Positions 39,439 to 49,820 of a stretch of 64,000 bases of DNA are shown one piece after another; within the stretch, counting starts at the first letter, position 1; every line of letters starts with the position of its first letter. Position numbers and translations under genes: made by a program. Source of the stretch: Anaerolineae bacterium (GTDB lineage Bacteria; Chloroflexota; Anaerolineae; DRVO01); the NCBI GenBank assembly GCA_050945695.1, contig JBMNTK010000001.1, forward strand, positions 7,729 to 71,728, read 5' to 3'. The notes under the pieces are model-generated. The model was not told where the DNA came from. It saw only the letters and a list, made by a program, of their open reading frames with translations, and did not search any database.

Positions 39439-40371
39439 GTGGAGGCGGTCCGCTGTGAGGACCTGCGCAAACGGTTCGGCAGCGTGCAGGCGCTGGACGG
39501 GCTCACCCTGAGCGTGCCCGAGGGCAGCGTCTATGGGTTCCTGGGCCCCAACGGCGCCGGTAAGACCACTGCCATCCGCATCCTCACCGGGCTGGCGCGG
39601 GCCACCAGCGGGCGAGCCTGGGTGGCGGGGGTGGAGCTGGGCGGTGAAGGTGAGGACGTGGCCCGTCGCCTGGGCTACCTTCCCGAGGAGCCGGCCTTCT
39701 ACTCCTGGATGACGCCCACCGAGTACCTGGACTACGTGGGCCAGATCTTTGGCCTCTCCGCGGACGAGCGCCAGACTCGCACCGTCGAGCTGCTGGACCT
39801 GGCCGGCCTGAGCGAGGTGGCGAAGCGCCGGATCGGCGGCTTCTCTCGGGGCATGCGCCAGCGTCTTGGGCTCGCTCAGGCCCTGGTCAACAGTCCGCAG
39901 GTCCTGTTTCTGGATGAGCCGGCCAGCGCCCTGGACCCCGCGGGCCGGCGGGAAGTGCTGGAGCTGGTGGAGCGGCTGCGGGGCACCACCACGGTGTTCA
40001 TGTCCACCCACATCCTGGCCGACGTGGAGCGGGTCTGCGATATGGTGGGCATCATCGCCCGGGGTAAGGTAGTGGCCGAGGCCCGCCGGGAGGAGCTCCT
40101 CTCCCGCTACGCCGTGCCCGCTTTCGAGATCGAGACCTCCCCTGATTCGGGCCCCGCACTGGCCGCCTGGGCGAGCATGGTCGAGCAGGAGCCCTGGGTT
40201 GACGGTGTGGCCGTGGATGGTCATCGGGCGCGGGTGGCGGTGAGCGACACTGACCGGGCCAGCGTGGAGCTGGTCGCCTCCCTGGCGGCCGCTCGGCTGC
40301 CCCTGGTCCGCTATGAGATGGTGCGCCCCTCGCTGGAGGACGTGTTCCTCCGGCTGGTCAACCAGGAGTAA
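39439..40371 (+). CDS. ABC transporter ATP-binding protein (ABC-2 type)
   Basis: GPNGAGKTTA, FSRGMRQRLGLAQAL, VLFLDEPASALDP. Confidence 0.9.
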   Translation: MEAVRCEDLRKRFGSVQALDGLTLSVPEGSVYGFLGPNGAGKTTAIRILTGLARATSGRAWVAGVELGGEGEDVARRLGYLPEEPAFYSWMTPTEYLDYVGQIFGLSADERQTRTVELLDLAGLSEVAKRRIGGFSRGMRQRLGLAQALVNSPQVLFLDEPASALDPAGRREVLELVERLRGTTTVFMSTHILADVERVCDMVGIIARGKVVAEARREELLSRYAVPAFEIETSPDSGPALAAWASMVEQEPWVDGVAVDGHRARVAVSDTDRASVELVASLAAARLPLVRYEMVRPSLEDVFLRLVNQE

Positions 40372-40373
40372 CC

Positions 40374-41129
40374 ATGTTCGCCGTATCGCTGCGCAAGGAG
40401 ATCCTGGAGCAGTGGCGCTCTCGCCGGCTGCTCATCGTGACCGTGGTGTTTGTCCTCTTCGGGCTCATGTCGCCGCTGCTGGCCAGCCTCACCCCTCAGT
40501 TCCTACGGCTGCTGCCCCAGGGCGATCAGATCGCGGCCCTGGTTCCGCCTCCTACTGTGACCGACGCGGTGGGGCAGTACGTCAAGAACCTGAGCCAGTT
40601 CGGCTTTATCCTGGCCGTGCTGCTGGCCATGGGGATGGTAGCCCAGGAAAAGGAGCGGGGGACGGCAGCGCTCATCCTGGTCAAGCCCATGCCCCGCTGG
40701 GCCTTCCTGCTGGGCAAGTTCGCCGCCGTGGGGGTCTCTTTCCTGGTGGCAACGGGGCTGGCCGCGCTGGGGGCCTACTACTATACCGTGATCCTCTTCG
40801 AGGCCCCGCCGTTGGGGGGATGGGTCGCGCTCAACCTGCTGTTGCTGCTGAACTTCCTTGTATACGCGGCGGTGGCGCTGCTGTTCAGCACCCTGGCCCG
40901 CTCTCAGACCGCCGCGGCCGTGGGTGGGTTTGGGGCCCTCGTGGTCCTGCTCATCCTGGGGGCCCTGCCGGGGGTGGGGGCATACATGCCTAACGAGTTG
41001 GTCAACTGGGGCTCCCGGCTGGCGCTGGGAGGGGGGAGAGCCGCCTGGGCGGCAGTGGCCGTGAGCCTGGCCCTCATCGTGGTCTCGCTCGGGCTAAGCT
41101 GGCTCAGCCTCGAACGGCAGGAGCTGTGA
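40374..41129 (+). CDS. ABC-2 type transporter permease
   Basis: 251 aa, six TM helices, follows the ATPase with a 2-nt gap. Confidence 0.8.
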   Translation: MFAVSLRKEILEQWRSRRLLIVTVVFVLFGLMSPLLASLTPQFLRLLPQGDQIAALVPPPTVTDAVGQYVKNLSQFGFILAVLLAMGMVAQEKERGTAALILVKPMPRWAFLLGKFAAVGVSFLVATGLAALGAYYYTVILFEAPPLGGWVALNLLLLLNFLVYAAVALLFSTLARSQTAAAVGGFGALVVLLILGALPGVGAYMPNELVNWGSRLALGGGRAAWAAVAVSLALIVVSLGLSWLSLERQEL

Positions 41130-41145
41130 GCTAGGACGTTAAGCA

Positions 41146-41179
41146 CAGATGACGCTGATCAGAGGATCAGCGTCATCTG
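41146..41179. terminator. Bidirectional stem-loop terminator between convergent genes
   Basis: Perfect 15-bp stem cagatgacgctgatc / gatcagcgtcatctg with a 4-nt loop agag, between the ABC permease stop (41129) and the SMP-30 stop (41197). Confidence 0.6.
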
Positions 41180-41196
41180 CCTTCTATCCCCTCACC

Positions 41197-42060
41197 CTAC
41201 ATGAAGATACCGATCCGGGAGGGGTACTCGGGCATTCCCTTTACCTCGGCGCGCACCCGGAACAGCGCACCGGCGCCCTCGCCTTCGTTCTCCCGGTCCT
41301 GACCGCCGGCGGTGGTGATGTAGATGTCCTTCAGGTCGTTGCCCCCGAAGGTGAGGCTGGAAACCTTCTTGGCCGGCAGCTGGATGCGCAGATCCTCTTG
41401 CCCATCAGGCGTGTACCGTACCACGCAGCCGCCATCCCACCGAGCTGACCAGACGTAGCCTTTGGAGTCCACCGTCATACCATCGGGCGCCCCTTCGCCC
41501 TCGGGCACGCGCACGAAGAGCTCTCGGTGGCTGATGGCGCCGCTCCCTACGTGATATTTGAAGCGGTAGATCTCCCGTTTGCCGGAGTCGGTGAAGTAGA
41601 AGTACTTCTGATCCGGGGAGAAGCCCATCCCGTTTGCCGTCTCCACGCCCTTGAGGACGAGCCGCAGCATTTCGTCCACGTCGAGCAGGTAGAGGCGGCC
41701 GGGCCCGGCCGGGCTCGACATAGTACCACAGAAGATCCGGCCCACCGGGTCGGCGATGACGTCGTTGAAGCGGCTCTCGCGCTCGGCGGGAATCTCATCC
41801 ACCACTGCCCTCAACCCACCGGGCCGCATTATCTTTATGGCTCCCCGCTCCATGAAGAGCACCAGGTTCCCGTCTTCTTGGATGGTGAACCCCCCTACCA
41901 CGTCACCCTGGTAGACGCACTCGTGCTGGCCGGAGGCGGGGTCGTATCGGTAGAGCTTCCCCTCGGGTATGTCGGTCCAATAGAGACGCTTTTCCCGAGG
42001 GTGCCACAGTGGGTTCTCACCACACACGCAGCGGGTGTCTGCGACGATCTCCGGTTGCAC
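41197..42060 (-). CDS. SMP-30/gluconolactonase/LRE-family beta-propeller protein
   Basis: MQPEIVADTRCVCGENPLWHPREKRLYWTDIPEGKLYRYDP...; 287 aa. Confidence 0.8.
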   Translation of the reverse strand: MQPEIVADTRCVCGENPLWHPREKRLYWTDIPEGKLYRYDPASGQHECVYQGDVVGGFTIQEDGNLVLFMERGAIKIMRPGGLRAVVDEIPAERESRFNDVIADPVGRIFCGTMSSPAGPGRLYLLDVDEMLRLVLKGVETANGMGFSPDQKYFYFTDSGKREIYRFKYHVGSGAISHRELFVRVPEGEGAPDGMTVDSKGYVWSARWDGGCVVRYTPDGQEDLRIQLPAKKVSSLTFGGNDLKDIYITTAGGQDRENEGEGAGALFRVRAEVKGMPEYPSRIGIFM

Positions 42061-42143
42061 CGTATACCTCCTATCTTGACCTCTGCCGGCACCATGGTGA
42101 GTGCCGAGCCTATTATGCCACTGAGTCGGGGCTCCGGACAGTA

Positions 42144-42350
42144 CGGGGATCTCACCGCAGAGATCGCGGAGACCGCAGAGAGAACCAACTTAACCCCCCG
42201 TGCCCGCGCCATTTGGCCACGGCCAAATGGCGGACTTCCCTGCCAGGGAAGGGGGAGCCGAACTCCCCTCTCCCACACGTGGGAGAGGGGTCGGGGGTGA
42301 GGGCCTGCCATTTCCTTCCTTTCCTCTGCGGGCTCTGCGGTGAAATCCCC
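42144..42350. mobile_element. MITE-like non-coding inverted-repeat element, copy 2 (~207 bp)
   Basis: TIRs ggggatctcaccgcagag (42144-42161) and ctctgcggtgaaatcccc (42333-42350). Internal perfect palindromes ccatttggccacggccaaatgg and cccctctcccacacgtgggagagggg; ttcc-rich tract as in copy 1. Confidence 0.6.
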
Positions 42351-42434
42351 CTAGTTGAAGCCAAGGGACGCCGGTGTTAGCATCGAGTGACTCCGCGGCC
42401 GTCTAGCGGCGGCCGTTGTCCCCCGGGGGTGTGA

Positions 42435-44318
42435 GTGAGCGAGCTCAATCAACTCCGCTTCGGTCAATCTCAGGCCCCGGCCGCCTGGCGGCCACTTCGA
42501 GCGGGCCCCTTGTCCCTCTACTTCGACCCCGCTTCCGGAGACCTCCGCTACTTGCGGCTGGGAGACCGGGAGGTGCTCCGGCGGGTCTACGTGGCCGTGC
42601 GCGACCGCGAATGGGGCACCGTGCCGCCCACCGTCACCGGCATGCACGTGGAGGAGCAGGAAGACTCCTTCTCTCTGCGCTTCCTGGTGGTGCACCACCG
42701 CGACGAGATCCGCTTCGGCTGGGCAGGCGAGGTCTCCGGCGATGCGACCGGCCGCATAGTCTATAGCATGGTGGGTCAACCGCTGGCCTCCTTCCTGACC
42801 AACCGCACCGGCATCTGCGTGCTCCACCCGGCCCAGGAGTGCGCCGGCCTGCCCTGCACTGTGGAGCATACCGACGGCTCCACCGAAGAGGGGCGCTTCC
42901 CCCTCTACATCGCCCCTCATCAGCCCTTCAAGGACATCCGTCGGCTGACCTACCCCGTGGCCCCGGGCGTGAACGCCACCATCACCTTCGAGGGTGACGT
43001 GTTCGAGATGGAGGATCAGCGCAACTGGACTGACGCCTCCTTCAAGACCTACTGCACCCCCCTGGAACTGCCCTTCCCCAAGCTCCTCCGGGCCGGGGTG
43101 CAGGTGGCCCAGACGGTGACCATCACCTTGGAGGGTCAGCCTGCCCGTCCACCGGCCCGGCCGGCTCCTTCCCGTCCGCGCTGCCTCGTGGGTGATGATC
43201 CCCTCGGGATCCTGCCTGAGATCGGCCTGGGTGTGGCCCCGGGACCGGAGACGCACGGGGAGGCTCAGATCACCCACCTGGAGGCCCTGCAACCGTCCCA
43301 TCTGCGTCAGGACTTGGAGCTGGACGGTGAGTGGGAGGAAGCCCTCTGGGATGCGGCCGGGCTGGCCCACGACACGGGAGCACCCTTGGAGCTGGCGCTC
43401 TACCTGGGAGCGCAGCCCCAGGAGCAGCTGGAGGCCGTGGCCCACTTGCTGCCGGAGCTGGACGTGCCGGTGAAGCGGGTGCTGGTCTACTACGACGAGG
43501 GCACCGAGTCCGCTGAGCATGAGCTGCTGCTGGCTCAGTTGGCCCAAGCTCGGCCGGAGACCCGGCTGGGTGGAGGTACCTACCGCTACTTCACCGAGCT
43601 CAACCGTACCCGGCCGGACCTGCGCTGGGCGGACTTCGTGTGCTACTCGCTCAGCCCCCAGGTCCACGCCTTCGACCATGTCTCCCTGGTGGAGACGCTG
43701 CCCATGCATGCCTGGACGGTGGCCTGTACCCGGCGGCTCTACACCACCTTTCCCGTGGCCGTCTCCCCCGTCACCCTGACCCCGCGCCCGAAGCGCGAAC
43801 CCGGTGCCACGGGCAGGGCTCGCCCAGCCGCTGACCCCCGTCAGCCTTCGCTCTTCACCGCTGCCTGGGTTGTGGGCAGCCTCAAGTACCTGGCCCAGGC
43901 TGGTGCCCGCAGCGTTACCTACTTCGAGACGGCTGGCCCGGCCGGGATAATGGACAGCGCCGAACCGGGCCGGGTCTATCCCGTCTACCACGTCCTGGCC
44001 GATGTCCTAGAGCACCCTGGGGCCCTCGTCCTGCCCACGCTGTCGGCGGATCCGCTGCGGGTCGAGTCCCTGGCCCTGCGCTGGAGCGACCGCACACGGG
44101 TGTTGGTGGCCAACCTGAGCCTCGAGCCGCTGGAGGTGGAGGTGAGCGGGCTTGGTCAGGTGGCCTGGGTGCGGCACCTAGATGAGACTACCGCTGAGCA
44201 GGCCCTGGGCGCCCCCGATGAGTTCCGGGCGGCCCCCTGGACCGAGCAGTCCACCCATGAGCGGACCCTGGTAGTGGCGCTGCCTGCCTGTGGGGTAGTG
44301 ACCATTGATACCTGGTAG
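42435..44318 (+). CDS. Hypothetical 627-aa protein (no recognisable motif), first gene of a sugar-modifying enzyme cluster
   Basis: Long ORF with strong GC3 bias, followed on the same strand at short spacing by Gfo/Idh/MocA, a NAD-binding protein and a sugar-phosphate isomerase. Confidence 0.6.
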   Translation: MSELNQLRFGQSQAPAAWRPLRAGPLSLYFDPASGDLRYLRLGDREVLRRVYVAVRDREWGTVPPTVTGMHVEEQEDSFSLRFLVVHHRDEIRFGWAGEVSGDATGRIVYSMVGQPLASFLTNRTGICVLHPAQECAGLPCTVEHTDGSTEEGRFPLYIAPHQPFKDIRRLTYPVAPGVNATITFEGDVFEMEDQRNWTDASFKTYCTPLELPFPKLLRAGVQVAQTVTITLEGQPARPPARPAPSRPRCLVGDDPLGILPEIGLGVAPGPETHGEAQITHLEALQPSHLRQDLELDGEWEEALWDAAGLAHDTGAPLELALYLGAQPQEQLEAVAHLLPELDVPVKRVLVYYDEGTESAEHELLLAQLAQARPETRLGGGTYRYFTELNRTRPDLRWADFVCYSLSPQVHAFDHVSLVETLPMHAWTVACTRRLYTTFPVAVSPVTLTPRPKREPGATGRARPAADPRQPSLFTAAWVVGSLKYLAQAGARSVTYFETAGPAGIMDSAEPGRVYPVYHVLADVLEHPGALVLPTLSADPLRVESLALRWSDRTRVLVANLSLEPLEVEVSGLGQVAWVRHLDETTAEQALGAPDEFRAAPWTEQSTHERTLVVALPACGVVTIDTW

Positions 44319-44342
44319 CCGCGCCAGAGGAGAAGACCTCGG

Positions 44343-45362
44343 ATGAAGGAGTTGCGCTTTGCCGTCTTTGGAGCCGGGTTCTGGGCCCCATACCAGCTGG
44401 CCGCCTGGAGGGAGCTGAAGGGCGTCCGCTGTGTCGCCATCTACAACCGGACCTGGGAGCGGGCCGATGTGCTGGCGCGCCGGGCCGGCATCCCCGCCGT
44501 CTACGACGACCCCGAGGCGCTCCTGCGCAACGAGCAGCCCGACTTCGTGGACATCATCACCAGTGTCGAGTCCCATGCACCCCTCGTCCGCCTGGCCGCC
44601 CAGTACGGAATCCCGGTCATATGCCAGAAGCCCCTGGCCACGAGCCTGGCCGAGGCGGAGGAGATGGTGGAGGTGTGCCGGCAGGCAGGTGTCCCCCTGT
44701 TCGTGCACGAGAACTGGCGCTGGCAGACCCCGCTGCGGCAGCTTCGGCGCGAGCTGGCTAAGGGCGACATCGGCCGGCCCTTCCGCGCTCGGATCGAGTT
44801 CAACTCCAGCTTCCCCGTCTTCGACAATCAGCCCGCCCTCAAGGAGCTCAGGCAGTTCATCCTGACCGACATGGGCAGCCATATCCTGGACGTGGGACGC
44901 TTCCTTATGGGGGAGGTGGACCGGCTCTACTGTCAGGTACACCGGGTGCGCCCCGACATTGCCGGGGAAGACGTGGCCACGGTCATGATGCACACCCGCG
45001 CCGGAGCCACCCTCACCTGCGAGCTCAGCTACGCCAGCCGTACGGAGAAGGAGCGCTTTCCCGAGACGTTCGTGCTCATCGAGGGCGAGCATGGCTCCCT
45101 CGAGCTGGCCCCCGACTACTGGATCCGCCTCACCACCGCCCAAGGCGTGACTGCCCGCCGCTGGCCGCCACCGGTCTACGAGTGGGCAGACCCCGCCTAT
45201 GCCCTGGTCCACTCTAGCATCGTGGCCTGCAACGCCGACATCCTCAGAGCCCTACGCGGGGAAGGCCAGGCTGAGACCACCGGTGAGGACAACCTGCGGA
45301 CGGTGCGGCTGGTCTTCGCCGCCTATGAGTCTGCCGAGACCGGACGCGCTGTGGACCTGTAA
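44343..45362 (+). CDS. Gfo/Idh/MocA-family NAD(P)-dependent oxidoreductase
   Basis: MKELRFAVFGAGFWAPYQLAAWREL...; 339 aa; conserved EKP-like motif CQKPLA. Confidence 0.85.
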   Translation: MKELRFAVFGAGFWAPYQLAAWRELKGVRCVAIYNRTWERADVLARRAGIPAVYDDPEALLRNEQPDFVDIITSVESHAPLVRLAAQYGIPVICQKPLATSLAEAEEMVEVCRQAGVPLFVHENWRWQTPLRQLRRELAKGDIGRPFRARIEFNSSFPVFDNQPALKELRQFILTDMGSHILDVGRFLMGEVDRLYCQVHRVRPDIAGEDVATVMMHTRAGATLTCELSYASRTEKERFPETFVLIEGEHGSLELAPDYWIRLTTAQGVTARRWPPPVYEWADPAYALVHSSIVACNADILRALRGEGQAETTGEDNLRTVRLVFAAYESAETGRAVDL

Positions 45363-45471
45363 CGCCCTCCCCGACTATCGGCCCCCTCAGGGGAGGAGTG
45401 GGGGGAGAGGGCTCTCTGCTCCCCTACCTTGGCCGGGGAGTGGCTGGAGGGAGAGGTTCCAAGGAGGACAT

Positions 45472-46338
45472 ATGACAACCGTGGCCCTATTCGGTGCTGG
45501 CGGCAAGATGGGATGCCGCATCACCGACAACCTCATGCACCACCCGGACTACCACATGCTCTACATCGAGCCCGGGGGAGGCGGCCAGGAGCGCCTCCGG
45601 CAGCGGGGGCTCACCGTCACCCCCTATGCTGAGGCGGTCCCCACGGCCGAAGTCATCGTGTTGGCGGTGCCCGACAATCTAGTGGGATACGTGGCCTCCG
45701 AGCAGGCTGTGCCCTTGGCCCGGCCGGGCACGCTGGTGGTGTGCCTGGATCCGGCGGCGCCTCAGGCAGGGGTGCTGCCCGATCGCCCCGACATCGCCTA
45801 CTTCGTCACTCACCCCTGTCACCCTTCGGTATTCGTGCGCTCCGATGACCCTAAGGCGCTCGACGATTACTTCGGCGGGGTGAGTGCCCCTCAGCACATC
45901 GTCTGCGCCCTCATGCAGGGGGCCGAGGCCGACTACGCCCGAGGCGAGGCCCTGGCCCGCGACATGTTCGCACCGGTGCTCAACGCCTACCGGGTGACGG
46001 TGGAGCAGATGGCGCTGCTGGAGCCGGCCATGTCGGAGACGGTGGCCGCTACCTGCCTGACCGTGGTGCGCGAGGCCCTGGACGAGGTCGTGCGAAGGGG
46101 GGTGCCCCCGGAAGCCGCCCGCGAGTTCCTCCTCGGCCACATCCGCATCAACCTGGCCATGTTCTTCGGCGTCATAGACACGCCCCTCTCCGATGGGGCC
46201 AAGCTGGCCGTGGCCCGGGCCAAGAAGCTGCTGTTCCAGCCCGACTGGAAGGAGCGCGTCTTCGCTCCCGAGGCGGTAGAGGAGAGCATCCGGGCCATCA
46301 CCCAGGCCGAGTCCGCCGGCAGGACAGGCCAGGGATGA
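45472..46338 (+). CDS. NAD(P)-binding Rossmann-fold dehydrogenase-like protein (family unassigned)
   Basis: RBS aaggaggacatATG; MTTVALFGAGGKMG dinucleotide-binding motif; 4-nt overlap with the next gene. Confidence 0.6.
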   Translation: MTTVALFGAGGKMGCRITDNLMHHPDYHMLYIEPGGGGQERLRQRGLTVTPYAEAVPTAEVIVLAVPDNLVGYVASEQAVPLARPGTLVVCLDPAAPQAGVLPDRPDIAYFVTHPCHPSVFVRSDDPKALDDYFGGVSAPQHIVCALMQGAEADYARGEALARDMFAPVLNAYRVTVEQMALLEPAMSETVAATCLTVVREALDEVVRRGVPPEAAREFLLGHIRINLAMFFGVIDTPLSDGAKLAVARAKKLLFQPDWKERVFAPEAVEESIRAITQAESAGRTGQG

Positions 46339-47147
46339 AGCTGGGCATCAGCTCGTACACCTACCCCTGGGCCATCGGCGTGCCCGGCTACCCGCCGGAG
46401 CGCCCCATGTCGGCACTGGGCCTCCTGGACCGTGCCCGCGATGTGGGCGTGGAAGTGGTCCAGATTTGCGAGAACCTGCCGCTGGACCGTCTGGCGCCGG
46501 CAGAGCTGGAGGCGCTGGCCGAGCGCGCCCGTGAGCTGGGCATCAGCCTGGAGGTGGGCACGCGGGGCGTCCGGCCCCAGCACCTGCTCCGCTACCTCGA
46601 CCTGGCCCGCCAGTTGGGCTCGCCCATCCTCCGCACCGTCACCGACACGGCCGACTGGCAGCCGACGGATGAGGAGTTGGTCGACGCCCTGCGGGAGGTG
46701 GCACCGGAGTTCGAGACCGCCCGGATATCGCTGGCCGTGGAGAACCATGGCCGCCACCCGTCGGCCCGCCTGGTGGGCCTGCTGGAGCAGGTAGGTAGCC
46801 CTTGGGTCGGGATTTGCCTGGACACCACCAACTCCTTGGGGGTACCGGAGCGCCCGGAGGAGACGGTGGAGGTCCTGGCACCCTGGACGGTGAACCTCCA
46901 CGTCAAGGACTACACCATCCGCCGTCTGGACCACCAGTTCGGCTATGTCATCACCGGCTGCCCCGCGGGAACGGGGATGCTCGACATCCCGGGTGTCCTG
47001 CGCCGGGTCCGCGAGGCCGGCAAGGACGTCAACGTCATCATCGAGCTGTGGACCCCGCCCGAACCCAGCCTGACCGACACCATCGCCAAGCAGGAGCGGT
47101 GGGCGGAAGATAGCTTGGCCTACCTGCGCACGCTAGTGCCGCGCTAG
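46335..47147 (+). CDS. Sugar phosphate isomerase/epimerase (xylose-isomerase-like TIM barrel)
   Basis: MKLGISSYTYPWAIG...; 270 aa typical AP-endonuclease-2/TIM-barrel family. Confidence 0.8.
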   Translation: MKLGISSYTYPWAIGVPGYPPERPMSALGLLDRARDVGVEVVQICENLPLDRLAPAELEALAERARELGISLEVGTRGVRPQHLLRYLDLARQLGSPILRTVTDTADWQPTDEELVDALREVAPEFETARISLAVENHGRHPSARLVGLLEQVGSPWVGICLDTTNSLGVPERPEETVEVLAPWTVNLHVKDYTIRRLDHQFGYVITGCPAGTGMLDIPGVLRRVREAGKDVNVIIELWTPPEPSLTDTIAKQERWAEDSLAYLRTLVPR

Positions 47148-47408
47148 CCCCTCTCGTCTGTCCCTCCCCACCAGTCGTTCGCGCCCGCGCCCGGATCGGG
47201 CGCGCTTTTCTTGAGCCAGACTCGGGGGCGACCGTGCCTGATCCAATAAGAAGAGGCTTGAGAAAGGCCTGACCACAGACTTCGGCTGAACAGGTCAGTC
47301 AGCAGCCATGATAATCCGTTCACGGTCAGTCAAGTTAGCAGACGGGGGCGCATGAGCCGGGTGCACCACGAGACGGCATACGCCCATTCACAAGCTGCAC
47401 GGCAGCTA

Positions 47409-48908
47409 ATGAGGCGGGTCATGAAGCCATCCGCGTACTCCAGACAACGGAGTCTCGTTTTCCGCCTCTACACCTAGCCGTGGCTCTGGCACTGGCGTGT
47501 CCGGTTCTAGCAGCCCCTGCGACAGCCGCCGCCCAGGAACCGGGCACGACCAATCCGGCGGCCCGCTTCAGCGAGTGGCCCGACGACGAGTTGTTCGTGG
47601 CGCCACCGCCTCAGGTCACCACCACGCAGCGCCTGAGCACCTTCGCTCCCAGCAGCGACTTGAGACAGCAGACCGAGCTCGACTACATCGAGCAGGCGGG
47701 CGCCAACGCCCATGACGCCATCGCAGCCGCCGCCGGTCGCTTCCTGACGCCTGGCCGCGACTCGGTGCTCCTCGCCTATCGGTATCTCTCCACCTACGTG
47801 GGACTATCATTCTTCCGCCCCCAGACCGCTAGTCCCATCGCCAAACTGCCCAACCTGTCCGCCCGTGTCACCGGTGGCACCGACTTCTTCGACCTCGCCG
47901 CCGGCGACGTGGACGGTCAGCCCGTGCTGGACGGTGAGTACCGCGACGAAGCGGTGGTCGCCTGGGCCGAGACCGACCCGTCCGGGAAGCTGCCCATCTC
48001 CGTGGCCGTGCTCGCCTTCGACGCAGCGACCGAGACGTCGCCAGCCCCCACAGTGACGACGACCGCACTCGCTTCCGGGAGGCTCGACGCCGCCAGCATC
48101 GCGGCCGGCACCATCAGACCCATCGCCAACGCCCTATCCCTCGCCCTGGGAGACTTCAACGGCGACGGCGCGAAGGAGATCGCCCTCGCCTACCTTACCA
48201 GCCCCACGGCGCTGGCCGTGGACATCTTCAAGTACAGCGCCACGGAGGTGAATCACACCGTCCAGCGCTCTCTGACCCGGGTGGGCAGCACCACTGTCAC
48301 CCTTCGGCAGCGGGCAAAGCTGGAACGAGAGCCTCTCCTTGGCGGCAGGCGACTTCGACGGGGACATTCCCACCGGCCGAGACGAACTTGCCCTGGCTAC
48401 CTCCGAGCGCTCTATCTCAGGGAGCACGCACTGCCAGAACCTGCGCCTCCGCCTCTTCAGAACCATCTGCTCGGATGGCGCCGACTGCGAATCCTCTCCC
48501 GCCATAACCATCCAGCAAGCGCCAGCTGTCACTGATATCGGCGTTGCTCTCGAGGACAACGGGGCCGGCATTGCTCGCAGGGTGCAGATCGTGGCTGGCC
48601 TGTTCGTCACCGATCCGCAGAGCATGAGCCACCGCCAGATCGCGGCCGCCTACGCCGATCCTAACGGCAGCGGGCGCGTCGGGTGCTTACGTCTGGTACA
48701 GGTGGACGGGAACCTGGGTGTCACCCTGGGCGCGGCCGTCACTACGACTGCCGTCAATGAGGAGCTCTTCTGGCTCGCGGCGGGCGCCTTCCAGGGCGGC
48801 CGCTCGAGCACCGACCCGGAGCGGTTACGGTTGACAGGCCGCCGCCGGACGCGCATAGTCCGACACATTCGTCGTCAGGCTGGGCGACACAACAAGCGAG
48901 GTTCGCAC
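47409..48908 (+). pseudogene. Secreted FG-GAP/VCBS-like repeat protein disrupted by at least two frameshifts (putative pseudogene or sequencing errors)
   Basis: Signal-like MKPSAYSRQRSLVFRLYT ends in a stop. Frame +1 continues ...LALALACPVLAAPATAAAQEP with GDFNGDGAKE / AGDVDGQP repeats to ~48300. A second shift continues ...SLAAGDFDGDIPTGRDELALATS... until it runs into the epimerase ATG at 48909. Region is lower GC than its surroundings. Confidence 0.5.
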
Positions 48909-49820
48909 ATGGCTAAGGTACTGGTGATCGGGGGCAGCGGGTTCGTCAGCGGCACGGTGGCCCGGGCAGCGGTGGCGGCGGGCCACCAGACCTGGGTGGT
49001 CACCCGGGGTCAAAGGGAAGTCCCGGCTGGGGTGACGGCGCTTGTGGCCGACCGCAAGGACAGGCCCGCCTTTGCGGAGACGATCGCGTCGGCCGGCACG
49101 GACTGGGACGTGGTGTACGACTGCATCGGCTATTTCGCCGACGATGCCCGCCAGGACGTCGAGCTCTTCCGCGACCGTACGCCCCACCTCGGGTTCATCT
49201 CCACCGACTTCGTCTACGACCCGCCCCACCGCAAGGTGCCGCAGCCCGAGGATACTGAGTACTACCTCACCGACGACAGTTACGGGGCCAACAAGCGGCG
49301 CTGTGAGCTGGAGCTGATCAACGGCGACACCGGTGACATGAAGTGGACCATCATCCGTCCCTGCCACATCTACGGCCCGGGGTCGGAGCTAGGGTGCCTC
49401 CCCAAGCACGGCCGCGACCCGCAGCTGCTGCGGCGCATCCGTGAGGGCGAGCCCCTGGAGCTGGTGGGAGCGGGCTATTTCCTGCAGCAGCCCATATTCG
49501 TCCGCGACCTGGCGGCGTTCTTCCTCAGCATCATGGGGAACGCCAATTCCTACGGCCAGATCTACAACATGTACGGGCCCGATATCATTCAGTCCCGGGA
49601 CTACTACGAGATGGTCGCCGAGGTGCTGGGCACCCGAGCCAAGATCGCCGAGTTGCCGGTGGACCGCTACCGCGAGGAGCACCCGGAGCACGTTTCCTTC
49701 CTGTGTCACCGGGTTGCCACCCTGGACAAGATGCGCGCCCACGGCCTGGCCGTGCCCTCCACTCCCTTCGCGGAGGGCATCGTAGAGCATACCAAGGACA
49801 GGATCGCCGCCGGGAGGTGA
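48909..49820 (+). CDS. NAD-dependent epimerase/dehydratase family protein
   Basis: MAKVLVIGGSGFVSGTVARAAVAAGHQTWVVTRG Rossmann motif; YxxxK-like region; 304 aa. Confidence 0.8.
   Translation: MAKVLVIGGSGFVSGTVARAAVAAGHQTWVVTRGQREVPAGVTALVADRKDRPAFAETIASAGTDWDVVYDCIGYFADDARQDVELFRDRTPHLGFISTDFVYDPPHRKVPQPEDTEYYLTDDSYGANKRRCELELINGDTGDMKWTIIRPCHIYGPGSELGCLPKHGRDPQLLRRIREGEPLELVGAGYFLQQPIFVRDLAAFFLSIMGNANSYGQIYNMYGPDIIQSRDYYEMVAEVLGTRAKIAELPVDRYREEHPEHVSFLCHRVATLDKMRAHGLAVPSTPFAEGIVEHTKDRIAAGR

Noticed and set aside
42351-43991. 546-aa minus-strand ORF antisense to the 627-aa hypothetical
   Set aside because: G/R/P-rich and starts within the MITE-like element. The + strand ORF has much better codon-position GC bias and operon context.
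44178-45212. 344-aa minus-strand ORF antisense to the Gfo/Idh/MocA gene
   Set aside because: Shadow ORF. The + strand gene has the canonical Rossmann N-terminus and an operon partner.
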